A stretch of DNA of 64,000 nucleotides from a virus (lineage: Duplodnaviria > Caudoviricetes): IMG/VR virus record IMGVR_UViG_3300024351_000013; one strand, 5' to 3'. The notes below the pieces were generated by a model. It saw nothing but the letters and a program-made list of their open reading frames with translations, was not told where the DNA came from and made no database searches. Every line of letters starts with the position of its first letter. Position 1 is the stretch's first letter. Made by a program: the position numbers and the translations under genes. This document shows, in pieces, positions 27,997 through 37,408 of the stretch.

Positions 27997-29481
27997 TTAA
28001 CAGTTCCAAGCTCTAAGAGACTTGTTAATTCTTGAATTAGGATCGTTTGCTGTTTTTGCTGATGTTAGTTTCTTTTTCATTCCGGACATCCGGGCACAGA
28101 ATGACGCTCTGCGAGGATTTCCAACCTCTTTTGAAGGTGCCTTGAGGTCGCTTCCTGGATTTGCCTTTTCATAAGACCTTCTTCCCTTTTCGTTGAGACC
28201 ACCCTTAGAGTTTTTACCTTCCTTATTTTGCCATGCCTCACCTTCTTCCAATTCAACTCCTTCACCCATTGGTTTTACATAATTTTTGTTTGGTCCTGGT
28301 TTTGCAGAACTTCCTCCTTGTGGTCCAACCATTTGAATTAGTGGTTGACCTGGTTGAATTTCTGAGATAGAATGATATACAACTACTGAACCTGGATAAA
28401 CTTTTTGAATCTCATCATTAATTTCTTTTCTTGATGGTGTCTTCACTTGCGGGAAAAACATCTTAAGTGAATAATATTTTCCTCTCCATGAAAGAGTTAC
28501 AGCAATTACATTTCCAGTTTGTGCTTGAAGTCTTGTTGCTTCTTGAATCGGCTTTGATGCAGTTCCTTTAATTGGTTCTGGTTTGATAATGTCAATGACT
28601 TCGGCAAATGTATTTCCATCCAAATCTTCAATAGTTTGCTCTGGCATTACCATTTTTTTAGACTTTACTTTCTTTGGAGAATGTGAGCAACCACAGTCTT
28701 CTAAAATTTTATCAACTAATTTTTTCTCTTCTGACACACAATTTGGAACAGTCTTCTTTCCTTTCTTTTTCATTCCTACTTGTTTATAACCAGACCAACA
28801 AGCTTCGTCAAACTCATGCTCCCCACTATCAAGGTAATCTGCTGCAGTATCAATATAATCCGCTGCCTTTGTAATTTTTGATTGGACCCATGCTTCCAAA
28901 TCACCTTCTCCTTTAGAGAACTTAGTTTGCAATCTTTTTACTGCATTTGCAATTGTTTGGAGTTCTCCACGAGCCATTGAATATTCTTCATCCTTAACAG
29001 AAACTTTATCCCACGCTTTTCCGCCGTAGGAGCATTCTGATCTTGTTTCTCTCTTATCGCATAGAGGACAATATCTTTCTTCTTCGTGCATATGAGTTTC
29101 CTCTGTTTTATTACCCCAGTTTGCAGCACCGACTTTACGACACTTGACAAGTGCTCCGGATGCATATGCACTTGGCCAAACATCATATCTCGATTTTACT
29201 TTATTATAGCAAGCATCTTTTTTGCCACTACCTTTTCCTTTCTTATCAGATTCTTCATTCATTTTTTTCTTCCTTCCTTGGCAATGAGCTCTCTGAGAAA
29301 ATCCTTTGGGGTTGTCACAATCTATAGACTTTTTATATTTATCTGACCACTCCTCTTCTACAGACTTTTTAGGTTTATCTGTAGAAACATATGTTGGTTT
29401 AGACGCACCAGTTTTTTGTTGTTGTCCAGGATCTGCTGCTTTCTTTCTTCTTGCTGCCGAATGTCTTTCTGCTGGCGTCAT
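27997..29481 (-). CDS. Modular K-rich hypothetical protein (C-terminal part of a split gene)
   Basis: Modules WSDKYKKSIDCDNPKGFSQRAHC, DACYNKVKSRYDVWPSAYASGALVKCRK, GGLNEKGR...RRASFCARM...SRINKSLRAWNC. In frame with 29494-29868. Confidence 0.75.
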   Translation of the reverse strand: MTPAERHSAARRKKAADPGQQQKTGASKPTYVSTDKPKKSVEEEWSDKYKKSIDCDNPKGFSQRAHCQGRKKKMNEESDKKGKGSGKKDACYNKVKSRYDVWPSAYASGALVKCRKVGAANWGNKTEETHMHEEERYCPLCDKRETRSECSYGGKAWDKVSVKDEEYSMARGELQTIANAVKRLQTKFSKGEGDLEAWVQSKITKAADYIDTAADYLDSGEHEFDEACWSGYKQVGMKKKGKKTVPNCVSEEKKLVDKILEDCGCSHSPKKVKSKKMVMPEQTIEDLDGNTFAEVIDIIKPEPIKGTASKPIQEATRLQAQTGNVIAVTLSWRGKYYSLKMFFPQVKTPSRKEINDEIQKVYPGSVVVYHSISEIQPGQPLIQMVGPQGGSSAKPGPNKNYVKPMGEGVELEEGEAWQNKEGKNSKGGLNEKGRRSYEKANPGSDLKAPSKEVGNPRRASFCARMSGMKKKLTSAKTANDPNSRINKSLRAWNC

Positions 29482-29493
29482 ACTTGCTCTTTT

Positions 29494-29868
29494 TTATGAA
29501 GAGACGCACTTAGGTACTCCTTCACCTGGTTCATCACTTGCACATGTGCCACCAGTTACAACATTGACCCAACCAGGTTTTCCGTCTTTTGATTTACTTT
29601 TAAACCACTTATGGAGATTGCCTTCAGAAACATCTTTAAATTTTTTATGATGCTTCTTGGCATCTGCCTCCATCTTTTTAAGGCGAGTATAATAATCTGG
29701 AATTTCGTCAAGATGTTGAAGAGCAATATTTCTTGCCAATTCGTGGTCTTGAGTATGCTCGTGCTCAATTGGTTCACCCATGTCAAGTTGCTTTTGTATG
29801 AAAGAAACATTAAGACGATGTTTCTTTGCAATTTGCTCAACTGTTTTATGTGACTTAATCTTGGGCAT
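29494..29868 (-). CDS. N-terminal part of the same modular protein (EHEH...DYYTRL module), ended by an in-frame TAA
   Basis: GEPIEHEHT...ALQHLDEIPDYYTRL. Frame continues CVSS*KRASMTPAER. Late promoter motif CTAAATA at 29884-29890. Confidence 0.7.
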   Translation of the reverse strand: MPKIKSHKTVEQIAKKHRLNVSFIQKQLDMGEPIEHEHTQDHELARNIALQHLDEIPDYYTRLKKMEADAKKHHKKFKDVSEGNLHKWFKSKSKDGKPGWVNVVTGGTCASDEPGEGVPKCVSS

Positions 29869-29882
29869 CAGAAGTTTTATTT

Positions 29883-31232
29883 TTATTTAGGAATTTGGTC
29901 TGCTTTTAATTTAAATCCAGTTTTCTTCCACCATTCTGCAATTTGATGATAAGACCTAATATGAGCTGGACCTTGACCATCTACAATTACCCAATCATCC
30001 TTTAAACCATTAAATTCTTCACTATTGATTATACAAGTATCAAACTTTTTAATTTCTTCAACAAATAGTGGGAATGTATAAACTTTTCCCAATGAGAAAA
30101 CAAGATTTTCTACAATTGGTTGCAGATTAGATTCTGGAATATCAAAATGGAATTCGTCATCATAGTAATAAGTATCAATTATTTTTTGAGCACGCTCTCT
30201 TTTAAGGATATATGCAGTCGCAGACCAGTCATCAAATTGTCTTTCCCTAACTTTAATATCGGTCATTTGATCTCTGACCCACATAAGTTGAACGCATTCC
30301 CAATCTGAGGGTAAATTATCAACAAACTCTCCCCAAGTAAAGTTCCAATTCTTAATAGTTTCTAATGAAAGATCATCCTCACAAAAAAATCCATAAGGTT
30401 CATCTGTTTCATTTAACCACCTCTTAATACATCTCATATGAGAAGTGCAACATCCTTTACTTGCATTGGTCAAAGTGTGAACATATTGACCATGAAGAAT
30501 ATCATTACACTCTATAAATCTTTTGGATACTACTGAGTTAATTTTTTCAATATCATATTCTTTAAATTGATTTTCTAAATGAGTTCTTCTATCAATGGAT
30601 TCTTCTAAACTCAAATAATATATCGAAGGAAATCCTTTTAATTTTGTTTTATCTTCGTCAAGAAGATATGGGAAATCCATACCTAAAACATTAAAATTAT
30701 TTTTAACTGATTTTTTATGAGAATCATTCATTTGATCATAATAATCATCAACCAATATTTTAAACAATCTTCTACACTCTTCAGATTTTCCCCACCAATA
30801 TGAACAAACTGCTTTTTCAAAAATTAACCCATATTTTCCGGGATACTCAACATCGGTTCTTAGTGGTTCTTGATTAAAATCGCAAAAAGTTAAAGCTGTA
30901 TTTGAAAGTGTATATGCTTCAGTATAACTCTTATTCCACTCTTCATATCTTGAAAGAATATAATATGCTTCTGGTCTTCTTGGTAAAACAGTAATTGCAT
31001 GGTTTAGGAGACCTTTGACAGTATACCAACGGTTTCCTTGTTTGTTAAAACAATATGACATTCTAATCAAAGACTCATAAACTAAATTCAAATCATCCGC
31101 TCTATCTGCTGCCCTCAAATAATAAGAAATTGCGGATGCAGTTTGGCCCAATATTTCATATTGTACTGCAAGATTAAAATTGCTTTCAGCATTTTCTGTA
31201 TCTTGAATGTAATTATAAAGTGTATCATCCAT
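29883..31232 (-). CDS. TPR domain fused to a GT25-like glycosyltransferase domain
   Basis: N-terminal helical repeats (PRRPEAYY); C-terminal IYYLSL...DRR...GCCTSH...FFCEDD. Confidence 0.7.
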   Translation of the reverse strand: MDDTLYNYIQDTENAESNFNLAVQYEILGQTASAISYYLRAADRADDLNLVYESLIRMSYCFNKQGNRWYTVKGLLNHAITVLPRRPEAYYILSRYEEWNKSYTEAYTLSNTALTFCDFNQEPLRTDVEYPGKYGLIFEKAVCSYWWGKSEECRRLFKILVDDYYDQMNDSHKKSVKNNFNVLGMDFPYLLDEDKTKLKGFPSIYYLSLEESIDRRTHLENQFKEYDIEKINSVVSKRFIECNDILHGQYVHTLTNASKGCCTSHMRCIKRWLNETDEPYGFFCEDDLSLETIKNWNFTWGEFVDNLPSDWECVQLMWVRDQMTDIKVRERQFDDWSATAYILKRERAQKIIDTYYYDDEFHFDIPESNLQPIVENLVFSLGKVYTFPLFVEEIKKFDTCIINSEEFNGLKDDWVIVDGQGPAHIRSYHQIAEWWKKTGFKLKADQIPK

Positions 31233-32202
31233 TAATAAAATCCTCCAGAAATTGTCCAGGTACTCTTAAAACATATGCGGCATTATCTTGAAAACCAAAA
31301 GTAATCAAGTAATCTTCTTTATACTTTGCCATACCACAAGCAAATTCAATTTTTGCATTAAGGAAAGAAAACTGCTGCGAAATTTTTTGTATATTCCAGT
31401 CCTTATCCCAAAAAGTGAAACGATGCCTGTATGTTGCATCTTTCCTTCCCGCTTCACTTCTATACAAATCGGTTTCGTGATTTAGGGTTAAGTATCCACC
31501 ATTATATGACAGGACTTGAGAACCTCCTCTCAGATCTCTATTATGTTGAACCCAATTTTTAATGATTACACTTTCTGTACTGTTATTCTGGACATCAACT
31601 TTGACTATCTCTGTACCATTTGTCCACTTGACAAAGTGATAGGGCATGTCTAAGATTGGCATCCAGTTTTTATTACAATACTCTTTGTCGGGTGGAGGAC
31701 CTGGGATTCTAAATCTCGATACCTCGTTTACAGAATTTTCATTAATTTCAATTTCCGAAAGTTCCATTCTTCCGGTTCCGATAGTATCTAAATCTCTTCT
31801 AACACCACACAAAAATAATTTGCTGTCCCATTCTATCAATCTTGCATCTTCGAGACCAACAAATTCCCACAACGGTGGTTTATCAAAAGCAGATGTATCT
31901 ACTTTTGAAAAGTATGAAATATTCAAATCATCATCAAGTTCACAGATAAAATTAGTTGTTGTTAGTGTATTGTCGTTATCTGGATTTAGATACACTAAAG
32001 GACCATACGGATGTTCGTAATTTTTTAACTCCGAATGGTATAGAGTATATTGAATGTGCCTCACATTCGCTAAAATTTTATTGTCTTTAACAAGTATGGA
32101 TGGGTTACATAACCCAGTACCATTTGTTTCATTTGATGGTATTATTAATGGTTTTATTTTTCCACCATTATCTAAAACCTGCTTCACAAAGCCTACAGAC
32201 AT
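31225..32202 (-). CDS. Five-bladed beta-propeller glycosidase/phosphorylase-like protein (GH130/GH43 superfamily)
   Basis: CNPSI, GLEDARL, KNWMP, RGGSQ, IEFACG, FGFQD motifs. Confidence 0.65.
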   Translation of the reverse strand: MSVGFVKQVLDNGGKIKPLIIPSNETNGTGLCNPSILVKDNKILANVRHIQYTLYHSELKNYEHPYGPLVYLNPDNDNTLTTTNFICELDDDLNISYFSKVDTSAFDKPPLWEFVGLEDARLIEWDSKLFLCGVRRDLDTIGTGRMELSEIEINENSVNEVSRFRIPGPPPDKEYCNKNWMPILDMPYHFVKWTNGTEIVKVDVQNNSTESVIIKNWVQHNRDLRGGSQVLSYNGGYLTLNHETDLYRSEAGRKDATYRHRFTFWDKDWNIQKISQQFSFLNAKIEFACGMAKYKEDYLITFGFQDNAAYVLRVPGQFLEDFING

Positions 32203-32240
32203 AAGATCACCAGAAAATCAATTGAGATTTTAAAACTGTT

Positions 32241-32603
32241 CTATTTATTGTACATTTTTACCTCCCTATATTCGGAATTGAATTCCTCATCAATTCTTTT
32301 CTTTATGTCTGCTCTTTTATCATTAGTAATATAGACACTTCGGGCAAGTTCAATGAACTTTTTCCCAAAGTCTTTATTTTTTTCTAACTCTCTCAATTCA
32401 TCTTCAATCTTCCAAAGTTTTTGATTAACTTCCCTCAGTTCATTCATGTACTCAAGAGTGAATTGGATAAGAGTATTTTTGATTTGATTTAAGTCCTCAA
32501 GTTCTTTGAGAACATATTCATTGTTAGTAAACATAGACTTAATTTCAAGAATCGAAATTTTATCTAATAGTTCACCTACTGATACTGGAATTGTAATCTT
32601 CAT
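32241..32603 (-). CDS. Conserved hypothetical protein (DUF6165-like) found in glycosylation loci
   Basis: IPVSVGELLDKISILEIK...VNQKLWKIEDELR...ARSVYITNDKRA. Confidence 0.7.
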   Translation of the reverse strand: MKITIPVSVGELLDKISILEIKSMFTNNEYVLKELEDLNQIKNTLIQFTLEYMNELREVNQKLWKIEDELRELEKNKDFGKKFIELARSVYITNDKRADIKKRIDEEFNSEYREVKMYNK

Positions 32604-33895
32604 GCTATTTTCTTATAAGAATCAACAGTCTCTTCTATAAATTCAATCATCTGGTCGTTTATAGTTGGGGAGCATCCAATAAAAAATACATTCTCAAGAA
32701 CTTTCATTGCATTTGGATAATCAAATCCAGAACCAAGATGTCGGTAAGCTGGATGAATCAAAAGATTGCCTGCAAAATAATTTCTTGTTTGTATCTTGTT
32801 ATCTTCCAAGTGCTTAACAAGTTTCTCCTTGTTAGTATTGCATACAATCGGAACACCAAACCAACTTGTTTCAGACTGCGGTAACTCATCAATCACTCTT
32901 ACTCCAGGAATAGATTCGAAGATTTGATGAATTCGTGCCTTATTATATCTGCGAAGATAATGAATTTCATCAAACTTTTTAAGTTGCACTGAACCGATTG
33001 AACCAAGCATATCAATTGGTTTGAGATTATAACCAATTTGTCCGAAGATGTACTTATGGTCTACAACCTTATCATATCCAACTAACCATTTATCAAATCT
33101 CTTACCACAAGTTCCACAAGAAAGAAGATTTTGTGAACCAACGCAATAGCAATCTCTTCCCCACCAAGCAAAACTACGAGCAATATCAATCACTTCTTTA
33201 ATATTAGAAGACACCATACCACCTTCAATCGTTGTAATATGATGTGCTGGATAGAAAGAACAAGAAGATGCAACAGAGTAGTCTGTAAGATACTTACCTT
33301 TCCATTTACTTCCAAGGCTATCGCAGTTATCAGAAATTAACTCAAGTTTATAACGATCACAAATCTCAAGTAGATAATCAAAGTTATATGCATTTCCGAG
33401 AACAGGTGAAGAAAATACTGCTCTTGTTCTTGGGGTTATTTTGGATTTAAGTTCATCCAAATTCCAATTCAAATCAGTATAATCAATATCAACAAAGACT
33501 GGTTTTAGATTGTTTTGAAGGATGGGATTAAGAGTAGTTGGAAATCCACAAACAGATACAATAATTTCATCACCATCTTGCCAATCAAAATATTTCTTGA
33601 GAGCAGCAATCATTACAAGATTTGCTGAGCTCCCAGAATTTACCATTACTGAATGTTGAAAGTTAAACTTCTGTGAGAATTCTTTCTCAAACTTATTCAC
33701 TGCCTCACCGGAAGATAACCACTTTCCAGTCAGGAAGGTTTTCATTGCAACTTGAATTTCTTCGTGATTCCAGTAGGGACCAGAGTAAAAAATATTTGAT
33801 TCTCCCTTCACATAATCATTATTATAGAGATACTTAAAGAAAGATTCATCACTTTCAAAAAGGTCATCAATAAATTGCTTTACTTGTTCTTTCAT
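32600..33895 (-). CDS. rfbH: RfbH/AscC-type CDP-4-keto-6-deoxyglucose 3-dehydrase (DegT/DnrJ superfamily)
   Basis: VNSGSSANL, DNCDSLG, SFYPAHHITTIEGG (His at the usual PLP-Lys position), WGRDCYC...CGTCGKRF Fe-S motif, YDKVVDHKY, RNYFAGNL. Confidence 0.88.
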   Translation of the reverse strand: MKEQVKQFIDDLFESDESFFKYLYNNDYVKGESNIFYSGPYWNHEEIQVAMKTFLTGKWLSSGEAVNKFEKEFSQKFNFQHSVMVNSGSSANLVMIAALKKYFDWQDGDEIIVSVCGFPTTLNPILQNNLKPVFVDIDYTDLNWNLDELKSKITPRTRAVFSSPVLGNAYNFDYLLEICDRYKLELISDNCDSLGSKWKGKYLTDYSVASSCSFYPAHHITTIEGGMVSSNIKEVIDIARSFAWWGRDCYCVGSQNLLSCGTCGKRFDKWLVGYDKVVDHKYIFGQIGYNLKPIDMLGSIGSVQLKKFDEIHYLRRYNKARIHQIFESIPGVRVIDELPQSETSWFGVPIVCNTNKEKLVKHLEDNKIQTRNYFAGNLLIHPAYRHLGSGFDYPNAMKVLENVFFIGCSPTINDQMIEFIEETVDSYKKIA

Positions 33896-33897
33896 TT

Positions 33898-34665
33898 TTA
33901 ATTCACAATATAGGAGAAATTTTCTTCAAGACAACCTTGCCAAGCTAATTGTAAAATTCTTTCAAACCAATGTGCTTCTACGGGATTGTCATTATAATCA
34001 GTATAATACATCATTTTTTTATAAAAGTTTTTGCTGTACTTTAGGATGCAATTTTTTGGTACGGCATAATTTGCTGCGGGAGCAAAACTTATAAATTTGG
34101 GAATTTGGTAATCTTCTATAATAAACAAGTCTTTCATGAATTCCAGAAAATTAGAGATTCTAGGATAAGTTTTTGCTTTTCTAAAATCTTCTTCCGAAAA
34201 AACACACCCCATTGTGTAGTTTTTTAATTCCCACTCTATGGGTAGAGAAAACAAATTGTTATTTAAAATATAAGGAAAATTATTTTGAATATGATTTCCA
34301 CCATCAATAGGAACAAACCAATTCGCTTTTAGAGCATATATAAATCTCTTCTCTGTTGTATATGAAGTTTTTCCATTTGGGGGTTCTTTTTTTAATAGAT
34401 TTCCTTTGATGTGAATCATCATGTCCGGAAGATTGTCATAGTGGTCTACAATAAATCTACCGATATCATAAGGATTTGAACCAACATTAGGTGAAGGTAT
34501 AACTTTTCCTAAGTGACATATCTTCGATTTATTCGGAAAATCGTTAGGCGTTCGATCGTAAATAAGAGTATTTTCTGGAGAAAATCCATAGTCATAAGTC
34601 ATTTTTAGCCACTCTAAGTCATGATTAGAATGATTACTGACTACAAGAATTTTTGATATTGACAT
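33898..34665 (-). CDS. Hypothetical protein (DUF3431-like, glycosyltransferase-associated)
   Basis: LVVS..HDLEWL, PNVG..YD...FIVDHYDNLPD.MIH, F.PAANY.V, HWFERI. Confidence 0.55.
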   Translation of the reverse strand: MSISKILVVSNHSNHDLEWLKMTYDYGFSPENTLIYDRTPNDFPNKSKICHLGKVIPSPNVGSNPYDIGRFIVDHYDNLPDMMIHIKGNLLKKEPPNGKTSYTTEKRFIYALKANWFVPIDGGNHIQNNFPYILNNNLFSLPIEWELKNYTMGCVFSEEDFRKAKTYPRISNFLEFMKDLFIIEDYQIPKFISFAPAANYAVPKNCILKYSKNFYKKMMYYTDYNDNPVEAHWFERILQLAWQGCLEENFSYIVN

Positions 34666-34686
34666 AGTAAATGATTATATGGTTTA

Positions 34687-35511
34687 CTATAACATATTGC
34701 AAAGCATATGCAAACCGTATTTAAAATTAATTTGTGGTTCGAATTTGAGAGACTTTAATTTGTCGATATTCAAAGTCATATTTTTAATTTGAATATATTG
34801 CTGATTAGTTGGTATTGGAACACTAATTAATTTACTATGACTATTTGTAATACTTTTTGCTGTTTCTATAATATATTTAAAGTTATTTGATGTTCCCGAA
34901 GCAATATTATAAATTTCGTTGTGGTGTCCAAATTCCAAAATTATCTCAATTGCTTTACATACATCTTCAACAAACATATAGTCTTTTAAATAATCTCCGT
35001 TATCATAAAGATGAACATCTTCATTTTTCTTCAATTGTTTTATGATATGTGCCAGGACATTTTTCTTCAAAGAAATTGTTTTATCCAATCCATAAACATT
35101 TCCAATTCTTAAAATTCTATATTTAATATTAAAGGTCTTGCAAAAGGAAATTAATAATTGCTCTGCACATCTTTTTGTTACAGAATAAAATCCAGTTGGA
35201 TTGCAATTATCAGTTTCTTTTGCATCTATAATATCATTACCATAAACAAAACATGAACTAATAAAATTAAATGTGATGTCTTTATCTTTGCAATTGGATA
35301 AGACATCCATCAGAAAATTTAGATTAGTGTTTATATCTATATGAAGATCATTAAAAACATTTTGATTTGTGGTGGTGCTTATAAAATATAAAACTTCTTT
35401 GGTATCAAATTCTATACTTTGCTTTGGAATTATATTTACTTTTTGTGAGTATAATCTACAAAATGTTCCTCCAATAAATCCAGTCCCCCCAAAAACTGCT
35501 ATTTTACTCAT
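34687..35511 (-). CDS. NAD-dependent epimerase/dehydratase (extended SDR)
   Basis: GGTGFIG Rossmann motif, YSVTK catalytic YxxxK, LRIGNVYG. Confidence 0.9.
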   Translation of the reverse strand: MSKIAVFGGTGFIGGTFCRLYSQKVNIIPKQSIEFDTKEVLYFISTTTNQNVFNDLHIDINTNLNFLMDVLSNCKDKDITFNFISSCFVYGNDIIDAKETDNCNPTGFYSVTKRCAEQLLISFCKTFNIKYRILRIGNVYGLDKTISLKKNVLAHIIKQLKKNEDVHLYDNGDYLKDYMFVEDVCKAIEIILEFGHHNEIYNIASGTSNNFKYIIETAKSITNSHSKLISVPIPTNQQYIQIKNMTLNIDKLKSLKFEPQINFKYGLHMLCNML

Positions 35512-36479
35512 ACAAAATTCATGTGATTACTATCATAAAGACTCTTTATCGCTTGAGTTCTTTCTGGATAAGTTAAAGTTTCTGGATTAAATCCTGTTGC
35601 AAAGATAATAATATTTGGATTTTGTGTGAGTTTTCCAATTTCTAACAAGTGATTAAATGCTTTTCCTAGAAGTCCTCCACCAAAATTCATTGCTTCACTG
35701 AGTGCATGGAAAGCATAGTTTGCAGACTTTTCTACCTCTTTAAGATTAACTAAACAAATACTACACATGATGAACACATCAATCCTTTGTGGATCAAAAT
35801 ATGCTTTGGAGATATTGAGATATTGTTGACCTACCTCAAGTACTTTATTGAGATTTTTGACCTGATAGTAGTGCTTAAAAATAAACCAAAGATAATAATT
35901 ATTTTCTGGATTATTTTGATATTCTCTCTCGCAGATTGAAAGATAGAAAAGTTCTTTATCAATACTTGGTTGAAGGTTTTTAGTAATCTTAATTGTAGTA
36001 TCTACTGCAACCTCACCAAGATGTTCTTCAGTTGGAAGAAACATTGGAGTTTCGTGAACTGCATTTACCCAAGTATAGTTTTTAGTTCTATGAAAACGAA
36101 CATGTGCAGTTTGACCTAGAGTTGGTTCTTCATCATCAATTTTATCATACCTTTCATGTTTAAATGTTGTAAACTCTTCAGAGATTACTGCAAGACCCTC
36201 TGGGAAAAAATCATCTATTTCTTCATTAAAATCTATAGAAAAAGCCCAATCAGTTTCCACATAAGATAATGCCTGATTTCTTGCTACTGAAAAATCAAAC
36301 TCTGCACGAGTCTGTGGATGCTCGTAGACTTTAATACCAGCATCTTTAAGTAGTTGAATTGTATTGTCTGTACTTCCAGTATCGACTACAACGACATCAT
36401 CAAATTTCTCTGCATTCTTGAGAAACTTTTCAATATTTTTTTCTTCGTTCTTTGCGATTGCGTATAGTGTAACTTTCAT
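35508..36479 (-). CDS. GT2 glycosyltransferase with C-terminal TPR-like helices
   Basis: IAKNEEKNI, VVVDTGSTDNT, DFSVARN, IDFNE, AVHE; helical C-terminus. Confidence 0.85.
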   Translation of the reverse strand: MKVTLYAIAKNEEKNIEKFLKNAEKFDDVVVVDTGSTDNTIQLLKDAGIKVYEHPQTRAEFDFSVARNQALSYVETDWAFSIDFNEEIDDFFPEGLAVISEEFTTFKHERYDKIDDEEPTLGQTAHVRFHRTKNYTWVNAVHETPMFLPTEEHLGEVAVDTTIKITKNLQPSIDKELFYLSICEREYQNNPENNYYLWFIFKHYYQVKNLNKVLEVGQQYLNISKAYFDPQRIDVFIMCSICLVNLKEVEKSANYAFHALSEAMNFGGGLLGKAFNHLLEIGKLTQNPNIIIFATGFNPETLTYPERTQAIKSLYDSNHMNFV

Positions 36480-36487
36480 TTTAATCC

Positions 36488-36839
36488 TCACTTGTTGTTT
36501 TTAATAATTTCTGATTTATTAGGACCCCATCCACTATGAGGATTGATGAAGGTTTGATAGAAGTCGTATGTACCGCGAATTATCAGCAGTGTAATTATTT
36601 TGATTGAATCCTGGATAACCCATTAAAAACAATCCAGGAGGATTTTTAAGTGTAACCATTAAGTTACACTCTACCAATCTTGCCTTAATTCCTTCTTTAT
36701 GTAAAAGTTTAAGTACAATATCACTCATACTCAAACAATATCCAGAACCTGCTTCGGTCATTCCAGATTTATGAAGACCATCTACAACTCCCTTAATAAT
36801 GTTAAAATATTCAGTTTCAACTACAGGATGATTTTTCAT
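36488..36839 (-). pseudogene. Probable internally deleted hypothetical gene
   Basis: The frame starting MKNHPVV ends at 36534. A second frame LIIRGTYDFYQTFINPHSGWGPNKSEIIKNNK* (36586-36488) ends next to the downstream gene start. Confidence 0.45.
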
Positions 36840-36841
36840 AA

Positions 36842-37408
36842 TTATTTTTCCCAAGCATTATCGTAATGATGTAAAGCAGTTGTTTTTTTATAACCAAGAG
36901 TTTTGAAAATATTTTCTATTTCATGTTTTTTATCACCAAGATGTAATTCTTCATATTCAATTCTTTGAATATCATAATTATTCCAATCTGTTGTTAATAA
37001 AATTTCAGAGTCAATTCCTTCAATATCCAATAGTAACCAATCCAATTCCTTGATATCATACTTTTCAAATAATTGATTTATAGTTATACAAGGAACTTCA
37101 AAATATCTAATTCCGTCACTTGGATAATAAATTTCAATATGAGACTTCACACAAGAAGCGACATGGTACATTGGACCATCATTTTGATGATAATAAAGTT
37201 TTAATGTGTCTTCATTGTAAGAAGGAACTTTAATTGCAACATTCTCAATAACAGAATTTTGATATTGAGAATAGCAATTTTTTAAATTTCCAATATGTAG
37301 TGGATTTGCTTCAACAAAAAGTCCAAATTCTAATTCATTATAATTTTCTTTGAGATGTTTAGATAAATCATCATCACCTTTATTAGAACCAATTTGAACT
37401 ACTTTCAT
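36842..37408 (-). CDS. FkbM-family SAM methyltransferase
   Basis: VQIGSNKG, FVEANP, ENVAI, VPCITINQLF, LLLDIEGID. Confidence 0.8.
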   Translation of the reverse strand: MKVVQIGSNKGDDDLSKHLKENYNELEFGLFVEANPLHIGNLKNCYSQYQNSVIENVAIKVPSYNEDTLKLYYHQNDGPMYHVASCVKSHIEIYYPSDGIRYFEVPCITINQLFEKYDIKELDWLLLDIEGIDSEILLTTDWNNYDIQRIEYEELHLGDKKHEIENIFKTLGYKKTTALHHYDNAWEK

